A stretch of DNA of 64,000 nucleotides from an uncultured Eubacteriales bacterium (GCA_902496015.1 CABUZJ010000003.1:82402-146401); one strand, 5' to 3'; positions 39,015 through 49,639 are shown, counted from the stretch's first letter. Numbers and translations are program-made. Notes: generated by a model from the letters alone, not told the origin.

Positions 39015-40935
39015 TGCAATTCTCCTTGCATTTTCTTTTAGTATATTTTACCACAATTTTAATGCTAATAGCAAGCACAAGCATAACCACAATAATCGCT
39101 ATTAAAGTTGAAATGTTAGACTGCGCTAGTTTATATGTTATAAAAGATGCAATATAAGCAATTGTAAACTGCAACAAAATTGAACGCCAAACCAATTTAG
39201 AACCTAATTCTTTTTTTAATGCAGAACTAGCACTAACACATGCAGGGTAAAATAAAACAAATACTAGAAAACTTAATGCACTTGCCGTAGTAAAACTTAC
39301 TGGATTTGTTGCAATAAATAAACTTGTTGACAGTTCCCCAACGCTAGCCACACCATTAGCTAAAATTAACACTCCTAAAACCATTTCTTTTGCAATTAAA
39401 CCTGTTAAAAGTGCCAAAACAATAGGTGGGCTTCCAAAACCTAACGGAGTAAAAATTGGTGCGATAAATGAACTTATGGTTGTAATAATTGATGTTGTTC
39501 CACTTACTGGAACATATTGTAACTTGAAATCGAAATTACTAATTGCCCAAACTAAAATGCTCATTGCAAGTATCACAGAACCTACTCTTTGCAAGAAGTC
39601 TTTTGCATGTCCTAAAACCGATTTTATAATTTTAGGAAAACTTGGAAACCTTAATTTAGGCATTTCCATAATAAAAGATTGTGTGTAATTTTGCTTTGAA
39701 AGTTTTGTGCTTATAAAGGCAATTATAAGACTAACTATTACACCCAATAAATAAAGTCCTAAAACTATAATAACTTTTGTTTTCGCAAAAAATGCTGAAC
39801 AAATACAAGCATAAATTGGCAACTTTGCACTACAACTAAAATTAGGAAGTAATAATGCCGTTTTATTTCTTAAATTTTTGTTATCTAAATTTCTGGTTGT
39901 TGTTATTGCACTTGTTGTGCAACCAAATCCCATAAGTAAACTGAAAACCGACCTACCTGTTAAACCTAGTTTAGATAGGCTTCCATCTAACATAAATGCA
40001 ACTCTTGAAAGATAACCCACATCTTCAAGCAAATTAATAAATAAAAATAAAAGCATAATTTGTGGTAAAAAAGATAAAACTGAAAGCACTCCGCTTAATA
40101 TACCATCATTAATAAATCCTATAAACCAATTACTAGAATTAGATTGCAAATTTGGAAATAATGCTGAAATACAAGCATTAAACCCTTCTCCTAATGCAGT
40201 GGATAATGTTTGCCCTATTCTTCCAAATGTTATAACAAAAACAATCGCAAAAATTAAAATAAAACAAAATATTGATAAATATTTATTTAAAAAAACTTTA
40301 TCTAATTTACTAAACCCATAATTTCCATTTGTTTTATATCCAATTTCATTTAAAATTCTATCTATATTTAAAAATCTTTGCTTTGCATTATATTTTAAAT
40401 TATCCTCAGTAACTTCTATAATTTGTGTTTTAATTGTTACCTTGTGGTTTTTATTTAATTCATAATAACTTGTTATATAATGTAAAAGATCTTTACAGGT
40501 TTTCTTTTTTCTAGCATCTATTGGAAAAACTTTAACATTAAGTTTTCCTTCAAGCTTAGATAAAATCTCATTATAGTTTTTTAACTCTTTTGCCATGTTA
40601 ACTGCTAAACAAATATTAAAGCCCATTTCTTTTAGCTGATTAGTTAAATATAAATTTCTTTCCAAGTTATTTGCATCACAAATATTAACCACTAAACAAT
40701 CTTTATTTTCTATCAAATAGTCTGCACTGATTTTTTCTTCTGGTGAATAAACATCAAGCGAATATAACCCGGGTAAATCACAGAGAGTTAAATTTGATGC
40801 ACCAAGTATATCACGAGTTCTAACATCAACAGTAACACCATGCCAATTCCCCACATGTTCACTTGCACCTGTAAGGGTGTTAAATAAGGTGGTTTTTCCT
40901 GTGTTTGGGTTGCCTATAAGAATTACTTTATTCAT
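38974..40935 (-). CDS. feoB: Ferrous iron transporter FeoB
   Basis: 653 aa. N-terminal G-domain GNPNTGKTTLFN, polytopic permease, and a Cys-rich C-terminal tail (CKENCNACTRKYNNKNCK). Confidence 0.95.
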   Translation of the reverse strand: MNKVILIGNPNTGKTTLFNTLTGASEHVGNWHGVTVDVRTRDILGASNLTLCDLPGLYSLDVYSPEEKISADYLIENKDCLVVNICDANNLERNLYLTNQLKEMGFNICLAVNMAKELKNYNEILSKLEGKLNVKVFPIDARKKKTCKDLLHYITSYYELNKNHKVTIKTQIIEVTEDNLKYNAKQRFLNIDRILNEIGYKTNGNYGFSKLDKVFLNKYLSIFCFILIFAIVFVITFGRIGQTLSTALGEGFNACISALFPNLQSNSSNWFIGFINDGILSGVLSVLSFLPQIMLLFLFINLLEDVGYLSRVAFMLDGSLSKLGLTGRSVFSLLMGFGCTTSAITTTRNLDNKNLRNKTALLLPNFSCSAKLPIYACICSAFFAKTKVIIVLGLYLLGVIVSLIIAFISTKLSKQNYTQSFIMEMPKLRFPSFPKIIKSVLGHAKDFLQRVGSVILAMSILVWAISNFDFKLQYVPVSGTTSIITTISSFIAPIFTPLGFGSPPIVLALLTGLIAKEMVLGVLILANGVASVGELSTSLFIATNPVSFTTASALSFLVFVLFYPACVSASSALKKELGSKLVWRSILLQFTIAYIASFITYKLAQSNISTLIAIIVVMLVLAISIKIVVKYTKRKCKENCNACTRKYNNKNCK

Positions 40936-40937
40936 AA

Positions 40938-41165
40938 TTAAACTAACCTTTTCACATTAATTTTTTCGCAAATACCTTTATTAAGTGCAAGCAAATATCC
41001 TCTTATGCTAACTAATATGGTTTTACTATTAGGTGCAATGCAAGCAATGCTAATTTTTGTATTCTCTACAAACCCAAGCTCTAAAAGCCTTTTTAACTCT
41101 TTACCCTTTAAATCTAAGTCAACTATATATGCTTTTTCATTCACTTTTAGTTCATTTAATAACAT
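40938..41165 (-). CDS. feoA: Ferrous iron transport protein FeoA
   Basis: 75-aa SH3-like FeoA (LNELKVNEKAYIVDL...) immediately upstream of feoB. Confidence 0.88.
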   Translation of the reverse strand: MLLNELKVNEKAYIVDLDLKGKELKRLLELGFVENTKISIACIAPNSKTILVSIRGYLLALNKGICEKINVKRLV

Positions 41166-41283
41166 AATTTACCTCATTAAATTATATTAATAAAAGTAAA
41201 AAATATGAAATAATGAGATTGTTTAATTATTAGTTTTGTTCTTTTGCTATTTAATTAAATATGTAAATTTAACTAAAAAATTA

Positions 41284-41311
41284 GAATAAAAAATAACCCA
41301 AACAGGTTATT
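41284..41311 (-). terminator. Rho-independent terminator of nrdR
   Basis: AATAACC (41292-41298) pairs with GGTTATT (41305-41311). On the minus strand it is followed by TTTTTATTC. Confidence 0.7.
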
Positions 41312-41312
41312 T

Positions 41313-41786
41313 TTATTTATCAGTTTTCTTTTTTATTAAATCTTCAAAATCATTTATAAACTCAAAAAATGTTGAAATATCTTTAAATTGCTTATAAACT
41401 GACGCAAAACGAACATAACTAACTTCGTCTAGTTCTTTTAGCCCTTCCATCACATATTCTCCAATTTGTTTACTTGTTATTTCTTCTTGCAAACTATTGT
41501 AAACTTTTTTTTCAATATCGGCCACTAATTTATCTATATCTTTCATTGAAACAGGTCGTTTTTCACAAGCCTTAACAATTCCATTTTTAATTTTTGCACT
41601 ACTAAAAGGTTGTCTATCTCCATTATTTTTAACAACTAACACGGGTGTAACTTCAATTGTTTCATAAGTAGTAAATCTTTTTCCACACTCTAAACACTCT
41701 CTTCTGCGTTTAATTGAATTGCTTTCTTCAACCGACCTACTATCTATAACTTTGCTTTCTTCATTTCCACAATAAATGCATCTCAT
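41313..41786 (-). CDS. nrdR: Transcriptional repressor NrdR
   Basis: MRCIYCG...Zn ribbon (CxxC...CxxC) plus an ATP-cone. 157 aa. Confidence 0.95.
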   Translation of the reverse strand: MRCIYCGNEESKVIDSRSVEESNSIKRRRECLECGKRFTTYETIEVTPVLVVKNNGDRQPFSSAKIKNGIVKACEKRPVSMKDIDKLVADIEKKVYNSLQEEITSKQIGEYVMEGLKELDEVSYVRFASVYKQFKDISTFFEFINDFEDLIKKKTDK

Positions 41787-41840
41787 AAAATTTTCCTCTG
41801 TTAAATTAATTATAACACAATTCTATATTTTTTTCAACTT

Positions 41841-42176
41841 TTATTTTAACTTTGCAGAAGTCCTTTTATATCTTACATAATTAACCCTATTATTTGAAGA
41901 AGCATTCTTATTTCCCGAATTTTTTTCTGTCCTAAAATTTTCTTCGCCAGAAGATAATGTTACCAAAATAACATCATCACCAATTCTTCTAATTTGTTCA
42001 ATTGGAATAAATATGTCATCTGCCTTTCTTAAAAATTTAGATAAACCTGGAACAATTACTCCCAAAACTTTCCCAGTTTCCTTCTCAAAAGCAATATCTT
42101 GGGCGCGTCCAAGCCTTTTACCATCATAAATATTCACAATTTCTTTGGCTCTTAATTCATTAAAAGTAATTTCCAT
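41841..42176 (-). CDS. ylmC: YlmC/YmxH family sporulation protein (PRC-barrel)
   Basis: FNELRAKEIVNIYDGKRLGRAQDIAFEKETGKVLGVIVPG is the YlmC/YmxH signature. It has an extra N/S-rich C-terminal tail. Confidence 0.85.
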   Translation of the reverse strand: MEITFNELRAKEIVNIYDGKRLGRAQDIAFEKETGKVLGVIVPGLSKFLRKADDIFIPIEQIRRIGDDVILVTLSSGEENFRTEKNSGNKNASSNNRVNYVRYKRTSAKLK

Positions 42177-42264
42177 AATTGTGCCTTTTTTATTATTATT
42201 TTATTCAAAAGTTTTCTAAATAGACCAATTTTTATATCTAATTGATTTAAGCAATTCCCACTAT

Positions 42265-42294
42265 GAATAAAAACACATGCAATAGGAGATTATA
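42265..42294 (+). promoter_or_regulatory. Forespore-type (sigma-F/sigma-G-like) promoter candidate of sigG
   Basis: GAATA (42265-42269), 15-nt spacer, GGAGATTATA (42285-42294). This partially matches the sigma-F consensus GCATR-N15-GGHRARHTX. The -35 region shares ATGAATAAAAACAC with the GH18 upstream region. Confidence 0.4.
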
Positions 42295-42321
42295 TTAAAA
42301 AAAATAAAAAGGAGGTTTAAA

Positions 42322-43092
42322 TTGGCAAATATTGTTGTGATTTGTGGAGTGAACACTTCCACACTTCCAAAATGCACTGCAAAAGAATTGGAAGAACTAA
42401 TGAAAAAAGTTAAAAATGGAGATGAAAACGCTAGAAACCAATTTATTACTTATAACATGCGTTTAGTATTATCCATTGTGCAAAGATTTGCAGTTAGTAA
42501 AAATAATATAGATGATATATTCCAAGTTGGTATTATTGGCCTTATGAAAGCAATAGATAACTTCAATATGGATTTAGGCGTTAAATTTTCTACTTATGCT
42601 GTGCCAATGATAATTGGTGAAATTAGAAGATTTTTAAGAGATAACAATAGTATAAAAATTACACGAAGCCTTCGAGATATTGCCTATTTAGCATTGCAAG
42701 CAAAAGAAAAATTAAACGCACAAACTGAAAAAGATGTAAGTATTGAAACAATAGCAAATGAAATTAATTTGCCAATAAAAGATGTTGCTTGTGCACTTGA
42801 AGCGATTAGTGAACCTATTAGTCTTTATGAAACCGTTTATCATGATGATGATGATAGTGCACTTATTATGGACCAAATTAAAGACCAAACAAATGAAGAT
42901 AGTTGGGTGGAAAAAAGGATGCTTAAAGATGCACTTGCAACCATTGGTGATAGAGAAAGACAAATTTTGTTTTTAAGATATTATCTTGGCAAAACCCAAA
43001 TGGAAATATCTAACGAAATAGGAATTAGTCAAGCCCAAGTATCAAGACTTGAAAAAACTGCACTAGCACAAATTAGAACAATAACTACATAA
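42322..43092 (+). CDS. sigG: RNA polymerase sporulation sigma factor SigG
   Basis: N-terminus VVICGVNTSTLPKCTAKELEELMKKVKNGDENARNQFITYNMRLVLSIVQRF matches the SigG pattern. TTG start 5 nt after AAGGAGG. Regions 2-4 are present. Confidence 0.88.
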   Translation: MANIVVICGVNTSTLPKCTAKELEELMKKVKNGDENARNQFITYNMRLVLSIVQRFAVSKNNIDDIFQVGIIGLMKAIDNFNMDLGVKFSTYAVPMIIGEIRRFLRDNNSIKITRSLRDIAYLALQAKEKLNAQTEKDVSIETIANEINLPIKDVACALEAISEPISLYETVYHDDDDSALIMDQIKDQTNEDSWVEKRMLKDALATIGDRERQILFLRYYLGKTQMEISNEIGISQAQVSRLEKTALAQIRTITT

Positions 43093-43119
43093 TAAAAGCA
43101 CCAATCATGGTGCTTTTTA
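43093..43119. terminator. Bidirectional terminator between sigG and the glycosyltransferase cassette
   Basis: AAAGCACCA (43095-43103) pairs with TGGTGCTTT (43108-43116), followed by a T-run. Confidence 0.75.
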
Positions 43120-43129
43120 TTCCCCAATT

Positions 43130-44257
43130 TTATTTAATTTTAAAAATATCATCATAAATTGGTTCCATCTGTTTTAATACTATATCAATAGAATAATTTT
43201 TAATTTTATTTCTATTATATTCGCCCATTTTTTTTGACAAGTCTTTATTATTCATTATTTTTTTAATTGAATCACCAAAACCACTTACATCATCACAATC
43301 ATTTATAAAACCACCTTTTTTATCATCTATTAAATCTCTGCAACCTCTTGCAATTGATGTTACAACTGGTAACCCATAATTCATAGCCTCCATAATAGCC
43401 ATTGTTAATCCCTCTTGCCTTGACGCATGGAAAAATAAATTTGATTTTTGCATTATACTATTAATATCTTTTCTATATCCTAAAAATCGTACTTGATTTT
43501 GAATTCCAAGTTTCTTGGTATATTTTATTAACTCATTCTTTAATTTTCCTCTCCCACATATTAAATAAACGATATTTGAATCATTTAAGATTTTTATTGT
43601 TTCAAGCATAATATAATAGTTTTTTCTTTTTATTAACTCCCCTACTGAAAGAATAACAAAATTACTATCATTAATTTTAAGATCTTGATTAAGCAAATTT
43701 AAATTTTCAATACTATATTTGCTGTATTTTTCAACATCAAAACCAATACCATTAATTTTATAAACTCTTTTTGCATTCATTTGAAGCGCTGCATTATAGT
43801 CTTCATCGTTCATCACAACCAATGCATCTGTGTATTTAGAATAATGCTTTTCTATATTTTTATAAACTAAGTTATTTATTAATGGTGCACCTTTATAAAA
43901 ATGAAAACCATGTGCTATATATAAAACTGGAATATTAAATTTCTTTCCCGCAAGCCTTCCCATAACGCCACCAACTGGGGTGTGACAATGAATTAAGTCG
44001 TAATCATTTTCTTCACATAATTTATATAATTGTTTTTTTGCTTTTAAATTAGTAGGTTTTAATGGATTTCGTGCAAATGGAACCTCATAAACTTTTATTC
44101 CATTATTTACCATTTCATCAAACCAAAAACCTGTTTTATGACATGCACATTCAACAATATTTCCATTGTCTTGCAAATGCTTTATGTGTGGCAACAAAAA
44201 TTGCCCTATCATTGAATCTGTTGTGGTAACTATTAAAATTTTTTTCTGCGATATCAT
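43130..44257 (-). CDS. Glycosyltransferase family 4 (GT-B, RfaB-like)
   Basis: 375 aa. The EGLTMAIMEAMNYGLPVV (E-x7-E region) is typical of GT4. Confidence 0.85.
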   Translation of the reverse strand: MISQKKILIVTTTDSMIGQFLLPHIKHLQDNGNIVECACHKTGFWFDEMVNNGIKVYEVPFARNPLKPTNLKAKKQLYKLCEENDYDLIHCHTPVGGVMGRLAGKKFNIPVLYIAHGFHFYKGAPLINNLVYKNIEKHYSKYTDALVVMNDEDYNAALQMNAKRVYKINGIGFDVEKYSKYSIENLNLLNQDLKINDSNFVILSVGELIKRKNYYIMLETIKILNDSNIVYLICGRGKLKNELIKYTKKLGIQNQVRFLGYRKDINSIMQKSNLFFHASRQEGLTMAIMEAMNYGLPVVTSIARGCRDLIDDKKGGFINDCDDVSGFGDSIKKIMNNKDLSKKMGEYNRNKIKNYSIDIVLKQMEPIYDDIFKIK

Positions 44258-44261
44258 TTAA

Positions 44262-45245
44262 TTATCCCGCCTTTCTAATTATATCTTTTGCTAAGTTTTG
44301 CTTTTCATCATATTGCTCTTGACTAATTGCACCTGTTCTTAATAACATATCCCCATAAAATTCATTGCTCACTGTGCCATTTTTATTCACATCTTCACTT
44401 TTAAAAACCTTACCAATAGTTTTAAAGAAGATTTTTGTATCTAGCCAAAGATTAATCGACTTTACATATTTCTTATCATATTCAACTACTTTATCAAATG
44501 TAATGTTATTTCTTCCATTAACTTGAGCTAATCCAGTTAAACCAGGTCTTACATAACTTCTTATCTTTAAACTTTCGTCGTCTAAAAACACACATTCTTG
44601 TATCATTCTTGGGCGTGGACCAATTATGCTCATATTACCTATAAAAATGTTCCATAATTGTGGCAATTCATCTAAACTGGTTTTACGAAGCATTGTTCCA
44701 AATTTTGTTATTCTTTGATCATCTGGCAATAATTCTCCATTTTTACCATAAGCATTTTTCATTGTCCTGAACTTATATAATTTAAACGGTTTATTACCCT
44801 TTGTTAATCTCCATTGCTTAAATATTACCCCTTTTCCTAATTTACAACGAACTAAAATTGCAACAACAAGCATTACAGGGCTTAATATTATTAATGCTAT
44901 ACCAGAAAGCAAAACATCAAAAAATCTTTTAAAAAAACAACTATATAAATTTTTCCTGAAAGTTTTAGGCTCTCGCTTTTCACTTTTCTCTTTTTTTAAA
45001 ATCTGCTTATTTTGGTTTTGCAAATTTGATTCTTTTTTAATTTCATTCCTGTCTAATTCGTCTTCATTAAATGATTTGTCATTTAAAGTGCTATTATTTT
45101 CTTTATTAATTTCTTCATATTTATTTTCTTGATTTGTATTGCTATTTTTGTCTAACGCATTTTCATCTGTTTTTAAATTAACTTCACTTAAATATTCTTC
45201 TAATTTTTCAATTTGCTTGCTTTTTTCTAATTTATTATTTTCCAT
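44262..45245 (-). CDS. Undecaprenyl-phosphate sugar phosphotransferase (bacterial sugar transferase, WbaP/EpsL-type) with ~100-aa low-complexity N-terminal extension
   Basis: C-terminal core KFRTM...DELPQLWNIFIGNMSIIGPRP...PGLTGLAQV. Start set at ATG 45245 (AGGTGA RBS); the ORF-track start at 45254 is the GTG inside that RBS. Confidence 0.85.
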   Translation of the reverse strand: MENNKLEKSKQIEKLEEYLSEVNLKTDENALDKNSNTNQENKYEEINKENNSTLNDKSFNEDELDRNEIKKESNLQNQNKQILKKEKSEKREPKTFRKNLYSCFFKRFFDVLLSGIALIILSPVMLVVAILVRCKLGKGVIFKQWRLTKGNKPFKLYKFRTMKNAYGKNGELLPDDQRITKFGTMLRKTSLDELPQLWNIFIGNMSIIGPRPRMIQECVFLDDESLKIRSYVRPGLTGLAQVNGRNNITFDKVVEYDKKYVKSINLWLDTKIFFKTIGKVFKSEDVNKNGTVSNEFYGDMLLRTGAISQEQYDEKQNLAKDIIRKAG

Positions 45246-45262
45246 TATCTTCACCTGAAATT

Positions 45263-45291
45263 ATTTTAACATAACTAATAAAACTAATCAA
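45263..45291 (-). promoter_or_regulatory. Possible sigma-A-type promoter of the glycosyltransferase cassette
   Basis: On the minus strand: TTGATT (45291-45286), 17-nt spacer, TAAAAT (45268-45263). The predicted leader is very short, with the start site at or next to the RBS. Confidence 0.35.
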
Positions 45292-45310
45292 CCCTATTAA
45301 ATCTAAATAT

Positions 45311-45343
45311 AAACAAAATAAAAAAATTCTCTTTCGAGAATTT
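45311..45343 (-). terminator. Rho-independent terminator after sigE
   Basis: AAATTCTC (45324-45331) pairs with GAGAATTT (45336-45343). On the minus strand it is followed by TTTTATTTTGTTT. Confidence 0.7.
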
Positions 45344-46053
45344 TAAGCAAGTTTAAGCATTTCTTTTTTTAGCCTATCTATTATCTTTTTTTCCAACCTT
45401 GAAATATAAGATTGGCTAATGTTTAATTTATCTGCAACTTCTTTTTGCGTCATTTCTTTATCATTTTCTAAACCAAATCGCATATTCATGATTAACATTT
45501 CTCTATCATTTAAAGTGGATAATGCTTTTTTTAAAATTTGTTTTTCAATATCATTATCATAGTCCTTACTTGCTTCATCATTAGGAGTTCCAAGACAATC
45601 ACTTAACTTTAATTCATTTCCATCACTATCCATGTTAAGTGGGTCTTCAAGAGAAACTTCTTTTTTTATTTTAACAGACTTTCTTAAAAACATTAATATT
45701 TCATTTTCTATACACCTAGACGCGTAGGTCGCCATTTTTATTTGTTTATCTCCATTAAAACTTCCAACTGCTTTAATCAAACCAATGGTGCCCACGCTAA
45801 TTAAATCTTCAATATTAACTCCTGTATTATCAAATTTTTGTGCAGTGTAAACTACTAACCTTAAATTCCTTTCAATCAATTCTTTTTTTGCTTTGCTATC
45901 ACCCTCGTGCAACTCTTTAACTAATCTTAACTCTTCTTCACAAGTTAATTTTTCAGGCAAAATATTCGCTCCTGTTGAAATATAATGTAAAACATTTTTA
46001 CAAATTGTAAGCATTTTAATTTTAGTAATTAATTTTTTTATTAATTTAAACAT
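45343..46053 (-). CDS. sigE: RNA polymerase sporulation sigma factor SigE (pro-sigma-E)
   Basis: 236 aa. It has an N-terminal pro-sequence, then [44 protein letters not shown]. It lies immediately downstream of spoIIGA. Confidence 0.9.
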   Translation of the reverse strand: MFKLIKKLITKIKMLTICKNVLHYISTGANILPEKLTCEEELRLVKELHEGDSKAKKELIERNLRLVVYTAQKFDNTGVNIEDLISVGTIGLIKAVGSFNGDKQIKMATYASRCIENEILMFLRKSVKIKKEVSLEDPLNMDSDGNELKLSDCLGTPNDEASKDYDNDIEKQILKKALSTLNDREMLIMNMRFGLENDKEMTQKEVADKLNISQSYISRLEKKIIDRLKKEMLKLA

Positions 46054-46065
46054 AAATTTTCCCCC

Positions 46066-46923
46066 TTAAATTAACATGCTTGGATGCAAAAGTGCATCAT
46101 AACTTGCCACATCACTAAAACTCTTAGTTGTTACCCCAACCATAACATTGCTTAAAACCACCTTTCCCTTATAAGAAAAATAACATTTACTAGGTTTAAA
46201 AACCAACATAGGTTTACTTTCCCCACTTAAAGTTGCAAACTGAATAAAATGTGCATTTTTTAGTTTTTTGCTATCGCCTTTATTAAAATAAATTTCTGTT
46301 AACATTTCAACCGACAATATTTGTTTTAGCACCTTACTGGAAACTATAATTACTGGTAATCCTGTTACATTATCAAACAATCTATTGCCACTATCAATAA
46401 ACCCAGTAAATTCAACTTGCTTACCATTTAATTCAAGTTTAACTTTTCCAATAAATTGAAGTGCATCTCTTCTTTTATAAATATACTTAGATAACTCAAT
46501 TGTAATAGCCACATAAATGGAAATTATGCCTAACATAACTCCTAAAGGAACAGATGCATCATAGCCACTTAAAGATAACTCATTAATGCTTGTTCCAAAA
46601 ATAAGTAACAACCCCATGCATGCCCCGCCCATAAGGAAAGTGAAAGAAAGAAATCCAACAAAAGCAATTATAAAACTTTTAAACGATTTAATTTTAAAAG
46701 CAATTAAAAGCATAATTATTCCAGAAATTAATTTTAGTGGCAATAACATTAATTGGCTTAAATTAATTAAAGGTAACAAAAGCGCAACAACAGCACCGAA
46801 TATACTTGAAATAAATAGCAACCAATTCTTATGATTGAAGTGTAATGTTTTTGCAACACATAATAAAATTAGAAAATTGATAATAATATTATCTATCAAA
46901 ACATATTCAAAATATATTTTCAT
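46066..46923 (-). CDS. spoIIGA: Sigma-E processing peptidase SpoIIGA
   Basis: 285 aa. Five N-terminal TM segments plus the aspartic protease motif GFIDSGNRL. Confidence 0.9.
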   Translation of the reverse strand: MKIYFEYVLIDNIIINFLILLCVAKTLHFNHKNWLLFISSIFGAVVALLLPLINLSQLMLLPLKLISGIIMLLIAFKIKSFKSFIIAFVGFLSFTFLMGGACMGLLLIFGTSINELSLSGYDASVPLGVMLGIISIYVAITIELSKYIYKRRDALQFIGKVKLELNGKQVEFTGFIDSGNRLFDNVTGLPVIIVSSKVLKQILSVEMLTEIYFNKGDSKKLKNAHFIQFATLSGESKPMLVFKPSKCYFSYKGKVVLSNVMVGVTTKSFSDVASYDALLHPSMLI

Positions 46924-46980
46924 AGAACTATTATAAAAAAATTTATAAAAAATTTTATATGAGAATTATATTATTAAAAG

Positions 46981-47015
46981 AAAAAAAATTAAGCATTTTG
47001 TTGTAAAATGCTTAA
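46981..47015 (-). terminator. Rho-independent terminator after ftsZ
   Basis: 11-bp stem TTAAGCATTTT (46989-46999) pairs with AAAATGCTTAA (47005-47015). On the minus strand it is followed by T8. Confidence 0.75.
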
Positions 47016-47032
47016 TCTTTTTTAAATCTTTA

Positions 47033-48313
47033 TTATTTGAATTTCCTTCTCATAAATGGTGGAATATCGTCTTTATCCACTTCAATTCTATTATTACTTA
47101 ACATCAAATCATCTTGTGTGTCTGTTTTATTATCTGTTCCAGCATTATAATCTTTTTCTGATTTTTGAACAGAATTACTTTCGGTTTCTTCATCTACATC
47201 ACCAAATAATTTAACATTTTGTTCGCTGTTATTTGTTTCTAATGGCTTACCTGTTAAAAATTCAGCAAATTTATCTTTATCGAAAATGCTATCAGTTACA
47301 GGTTTTATTATTGGAGTTACTGGTTTTGGCTCTTCCCTATTCTCTTTTAGCATACTTTCAAATGTGCTATTTTGAAATCCTGTTGCTATAACCGTAATTT
47401 TAATTTTATCTCTATATGCTTCGTCAATAGTAGCACCAAAAATAGTATTAGCGGCTGGGTCGACTACCTCTTTAACCAGCCTTACAGCCTCATTAACTTC
47501 ATCAAGCGACATATCAAAACCACCACACACATTAATAATAACCGCTTGTGCACCTTCAATTGTTGTTTCAAGTAATGGACTTGCAACGGCTTGTTTAACC
47601 GCCTCAATGTTTCTGCCTTCCCCTGTTGCTTCACCAATTCCCATATGAGCAAGACCTCTGTTTTTCATAACAGTGCGGACATCAGCAAAATCTAGATTAA
47701 TTAATGATGGTGTTGCAATTAAGTCAGAAATTCCTTGAATGCCTTGCCTTAACACTTCATCAGCATATTTAAAGGCATCTATAAAACTTGTGCCCTTAGG
47801 AACAACTTGTTGCAATCTTTCATTTGGAATAACCACTAATGTGTCAACACATTTGCTTAAATTTCTAATGCCCATTTCAGCATTTAGCATTCTGGTTCTA
47901 CCTTCAAATTCAAAAGGTTTAGTAACCACAGCAATAGTTAAAATTCCCATTTCTTTTGCAATGCTAGCTATAACTGGTGCCGCACCAGTTCCCGTTCCTC
48001 CGCCCATTCCAGCGGTTACAAAAACTAGGTCAACACCTTTTAATTTTTCTGCAATTTCAGCACGACTTTCTTCTGCTGCTTTTCTTCCCACTTCAGCATC
48101 AGCACCTGCTCCTCTACCCCGTGTAAGCTTTTCACCAATTTGAATTTGATCTTGTGCATTTGAAATTAAAAGTGCTTGTTTATCTGTATTTACTGCTAAA
48201 AACTTAGCACTTTTCACCCCTGCTGCAATCATTCTATTAACCGCGTTATTTCCGCCTCCACCAACACCAACAACTAAAATTTGACATACTGGTGAAATAT
48301 TTGAGAAATCCAT
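47033..48313 (-). CDS. ftsZ: Cell division protein FtsZ
   Basis: [13 protein letters not shown] and [11 protein letters not shown] tubulin signature. Long disordered linker and C-terminal DIPPFMRR peptide. Confidence 0.97.
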   Translation of the reverse strand: MDFSNISPVCQILVVGVGGGGNNAVNRMIAAGVKSAKFLAVNTDKQALLISNAQDQIQIGEKLTRGRGAGADAEVGRKAAEESRAEIAEKLKGVDLVFVTAGMGGGTGTGAAPVIASIAKEMGILTIAVVTKPFEFEGRTRMLNAEMGIRNLSKCVDTLVVIPNERLQQVVPKGTSFIDAFKYADEVLRQGIQGISDLIATPSLINLDFADVRTVMKNRGLAHMGIGEATGEGRNIEAVKQAVASPLLETTIEGAQAVIINVCGGFDMSLDEVNEAVRLVKEVVDPAANTIFGATIDEAYRDKIKITVIATGFQNSTFESMLKENREEPKPVTPIIKPVTDSIFDKDKFAEFLTGKPLETNNSEQNVKLFGDVDEETESNSVQKSEKDYNAGTDNKTDTQDDLMLSNNRIEVDKDDIPPFMRRKFK

Positions 48314-48340
48314 TCTATTTAAAACCTCCTGAGTTCGCTT

Positions 48341-49489
48341 CTAATAATTCGCAATAATATTTAAATATCCATCATTTACATCTATTGCCACATCTAACAA
48401 GCCAATCTCGCTTGAAAAATCTGGTCTAGATATATGTGGAATATTTGGTGTAACAATTTCTACTCTTCTTCCAAGCCTTTTTGAAACATAATCTTTAATA
48501 CCTTTAATATAGCAAATTCCACCCCCAGTTAAATATAAAGGAATGTATTCTGGGAAATCATAAATACAATTGTCTAGTGCTTTGCCAATATATTTAATTA
48601 TCATATCAAGCCTATCACAAATAATTTGATTTGTATCTTTTGCTGAAAATGGTGTAACAAAATCTTTATTTAAAATTTCATAAGTATCTTCATTCGTGGC
48701 TTGCCAACTAATAACTGCTTTATGTTTTAAACTTTCAGCCTGATTAAAATTAATTTTAAGACAAGTAGAAAGATCTGCCGTTATGTAACCACCACCCATA
48801 GAAAAATTAGATAAACTTAAAATCCCATCGCCCCTAGCAAGCATAACATTAGTGGTAATATAACCGCAATCAACCAACAAAACATATCTATCTCTTACCT
48901 GTGGTTCAAATAAATGTAAACATTCAGCAAGACAAGAACTAATATAACATGTGTTTTTAATTGAAAGTTCACTAAAAATTTCTTCAATAAAATCTAAAAA
49001 GTTGTTTTCAGCAAGAACATAACTAATAAGACCATTAAGCCTAGAACTAACAGTTCCCCTAGGATCGATTACTCTTCTACCATCTTCCATTGTAAAATAA
49101 ACAGGAGAGTTATTAATTACTGTATGAGTTGGGTGTTTTTTAAAAACATTCCCAACATAATATAACTGAGCAATTTCTGCATCTGTTATTCGTTTTTTCT
49201 TATTAAAACTAATCGACACTTCTTTACAAACCACATTTGAAAATTCGCCAGGAACCCCAATAAACACATCTGTAACTTTTTCCCCGCTGTTATTTTCTGC
49301 ATTGGCAATAGACATTGATATTGCAAGTTTCACATTATCTGGTTCAATAAACTGACCATTTTCAAACCCAGCATAATCTGCCATGCCTCTTCCTTTAATT
49401 TTAAAGGTGTTATTAATACCCCTTTGTCCAATTAAAGTGGTTATGCTAGAAGACCCAATGTCTATAACTGCAACACTTTTATTAGCCAT
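48341..49489 (-). CDS. ftsA: Cell division protein FtsA (actin-like)
   Basis: VAVIDIGSSSITTLIG phosphate-1 motif and DCGYITT. Positioned upstream of ftsZ. Confidence 0.88.
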   Translation of the reverse strand: MANKSVAVIDIGSSSITTLIGQRGINNTFKIKGRGMADYAGFENGQFIEPDNVKLAISMSIANAENNSGEKVTDVFIGVPGEFSNVVCKEVSISFNKKKRITDAEIAQLYYVGNVFKKHPTHTVINNSPVYFTMEDGRRVIDPRGTVSSRLNGLISYVLAENNFLDFIEEIFSELSIKNTCYISSCLAECLHLFEPQVRDRYVLLVDCGYITTNVMLARGDGILSLSNFSMGGGYITADLSTCLKINFNQAESLKHKAVISWQATNEDTYEILNKDFVTPFSAKDTNQIICDRLDMIIKYIGKALDNCIYDFPEYIPLYLTGGGICYIKGIKDYVSKRLGRRVEIVTPNIPHISRPDFSSEIGLLDVAIDVNDGYLNIIANY

Positions 49490-49639
49490 ATTTCCCCCAA
49501 ATTTAGTTTAAAACTAATTTATATATTAAATATACAATACTTTAAAATATTATGTCAAACACAATACATAATTATTTTAAACTTCAAACACTTATTTAAT
49601 TCTAAAAAAATAAAGCCATCTTAAAAGAAGGCCTTATTT

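Noticed and set aside
41190-41260. Possible Fur box upstream of feoA (ATAAT...ATTAT inverted arms in TGAAATAATGAGATTGTTTAATTATTAG)
   Set aside because: The arms are separated by about 14 nt and do not fit the 7-1-7 TGATAAT-N-ATTATCA Fur consensus. Such AT-only pseudo-palindromes are expected by chance in this AT-rich spacer.
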